From NCBI RefSeq assembly GCF_902713615.1, contig NW_024055461.1:1721877-1785876 (forward strand): DNA of 64,000 bases, read 5' to 3'. Below the pieces are notes generated by a model, which saw only the letters and a program-made list of their open reading frames with translations, made no database searches and was not told where the DNA came from. This document shows, in pieces, positions 63,764-64,000 of the stretch; the stretch's first letter is position 1; each line of letters starts with the position of its first letter. The translations under genes and the position numbers were made by a program. The stretch comes from Scyliorhinus canicula (lineage: Eukaryota).

Positions 63764-64000
63764 GCACGGTAGCATAGTGGCAGCACGGTAGCACAGTGGT
63801 TAGCACATTCGCTTCACAGCTCCAGGGTCCCAGGTTCGATTCCGGCTTGGGTCACTGTCTGTGCGGAGTCTGCACATCCTCCCCGTGTCTGCGTGGGTTT
63901 CCTCCGGGTGCTCCGGTTTCCTCCCACAGTCCAAAGATGTGCAGGTTAGGTGGATTGGCCATGATAAATTGCCCTTAGTGTCCAAAATTACCCTTAGTGT
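63764..64000 (+). mobile_element. V-SINE running off the window end
   Basis: Duplicated gcacggtagca.agtgg head and V core. Confidence 0.9.

Overview
Eukaryotic, repeat-dense vertebrate DNA, almost certainly from a cartilaginous fish (shark; inferred from V-SINE/HE1-like SINEs, CR1/HER1-like LINEs, a DeuSINE and shark-type Penelope elements). The window is a birth-and-death cluster of C2H2 zinc-finger (ZF) genes with no recognisable effector domain. It has one clean 9-finger ORF (15407-16165), one 12-finger ORF broken only by a SINE, two further damaged arrays, two degraded or truncated array remnants and finger-less leader relics. All appear to derive from one gene cassette: promoter module, splice acceptor, leader, array and shared 3' UTR. 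Between them lie L1/Tx1, CR1, L2 and Penelope retroelements (two with hammerhead-ribozyme relics), two related class I ERV remnants with gamma-type env, a solo LTR, about 30 SINEs, two minisatellites and an anticodon-less tRNA-Lys. Two speculative items deserve a search: a possible foamy-virus-like env relic (17430-22060, minus strand) and a possible leader plus Ig-V-like gene remnant (30436-33401, minus strand). Most ORFs in the track are spurious translations of repeats. All homology calls were made by eye and no searches were run.
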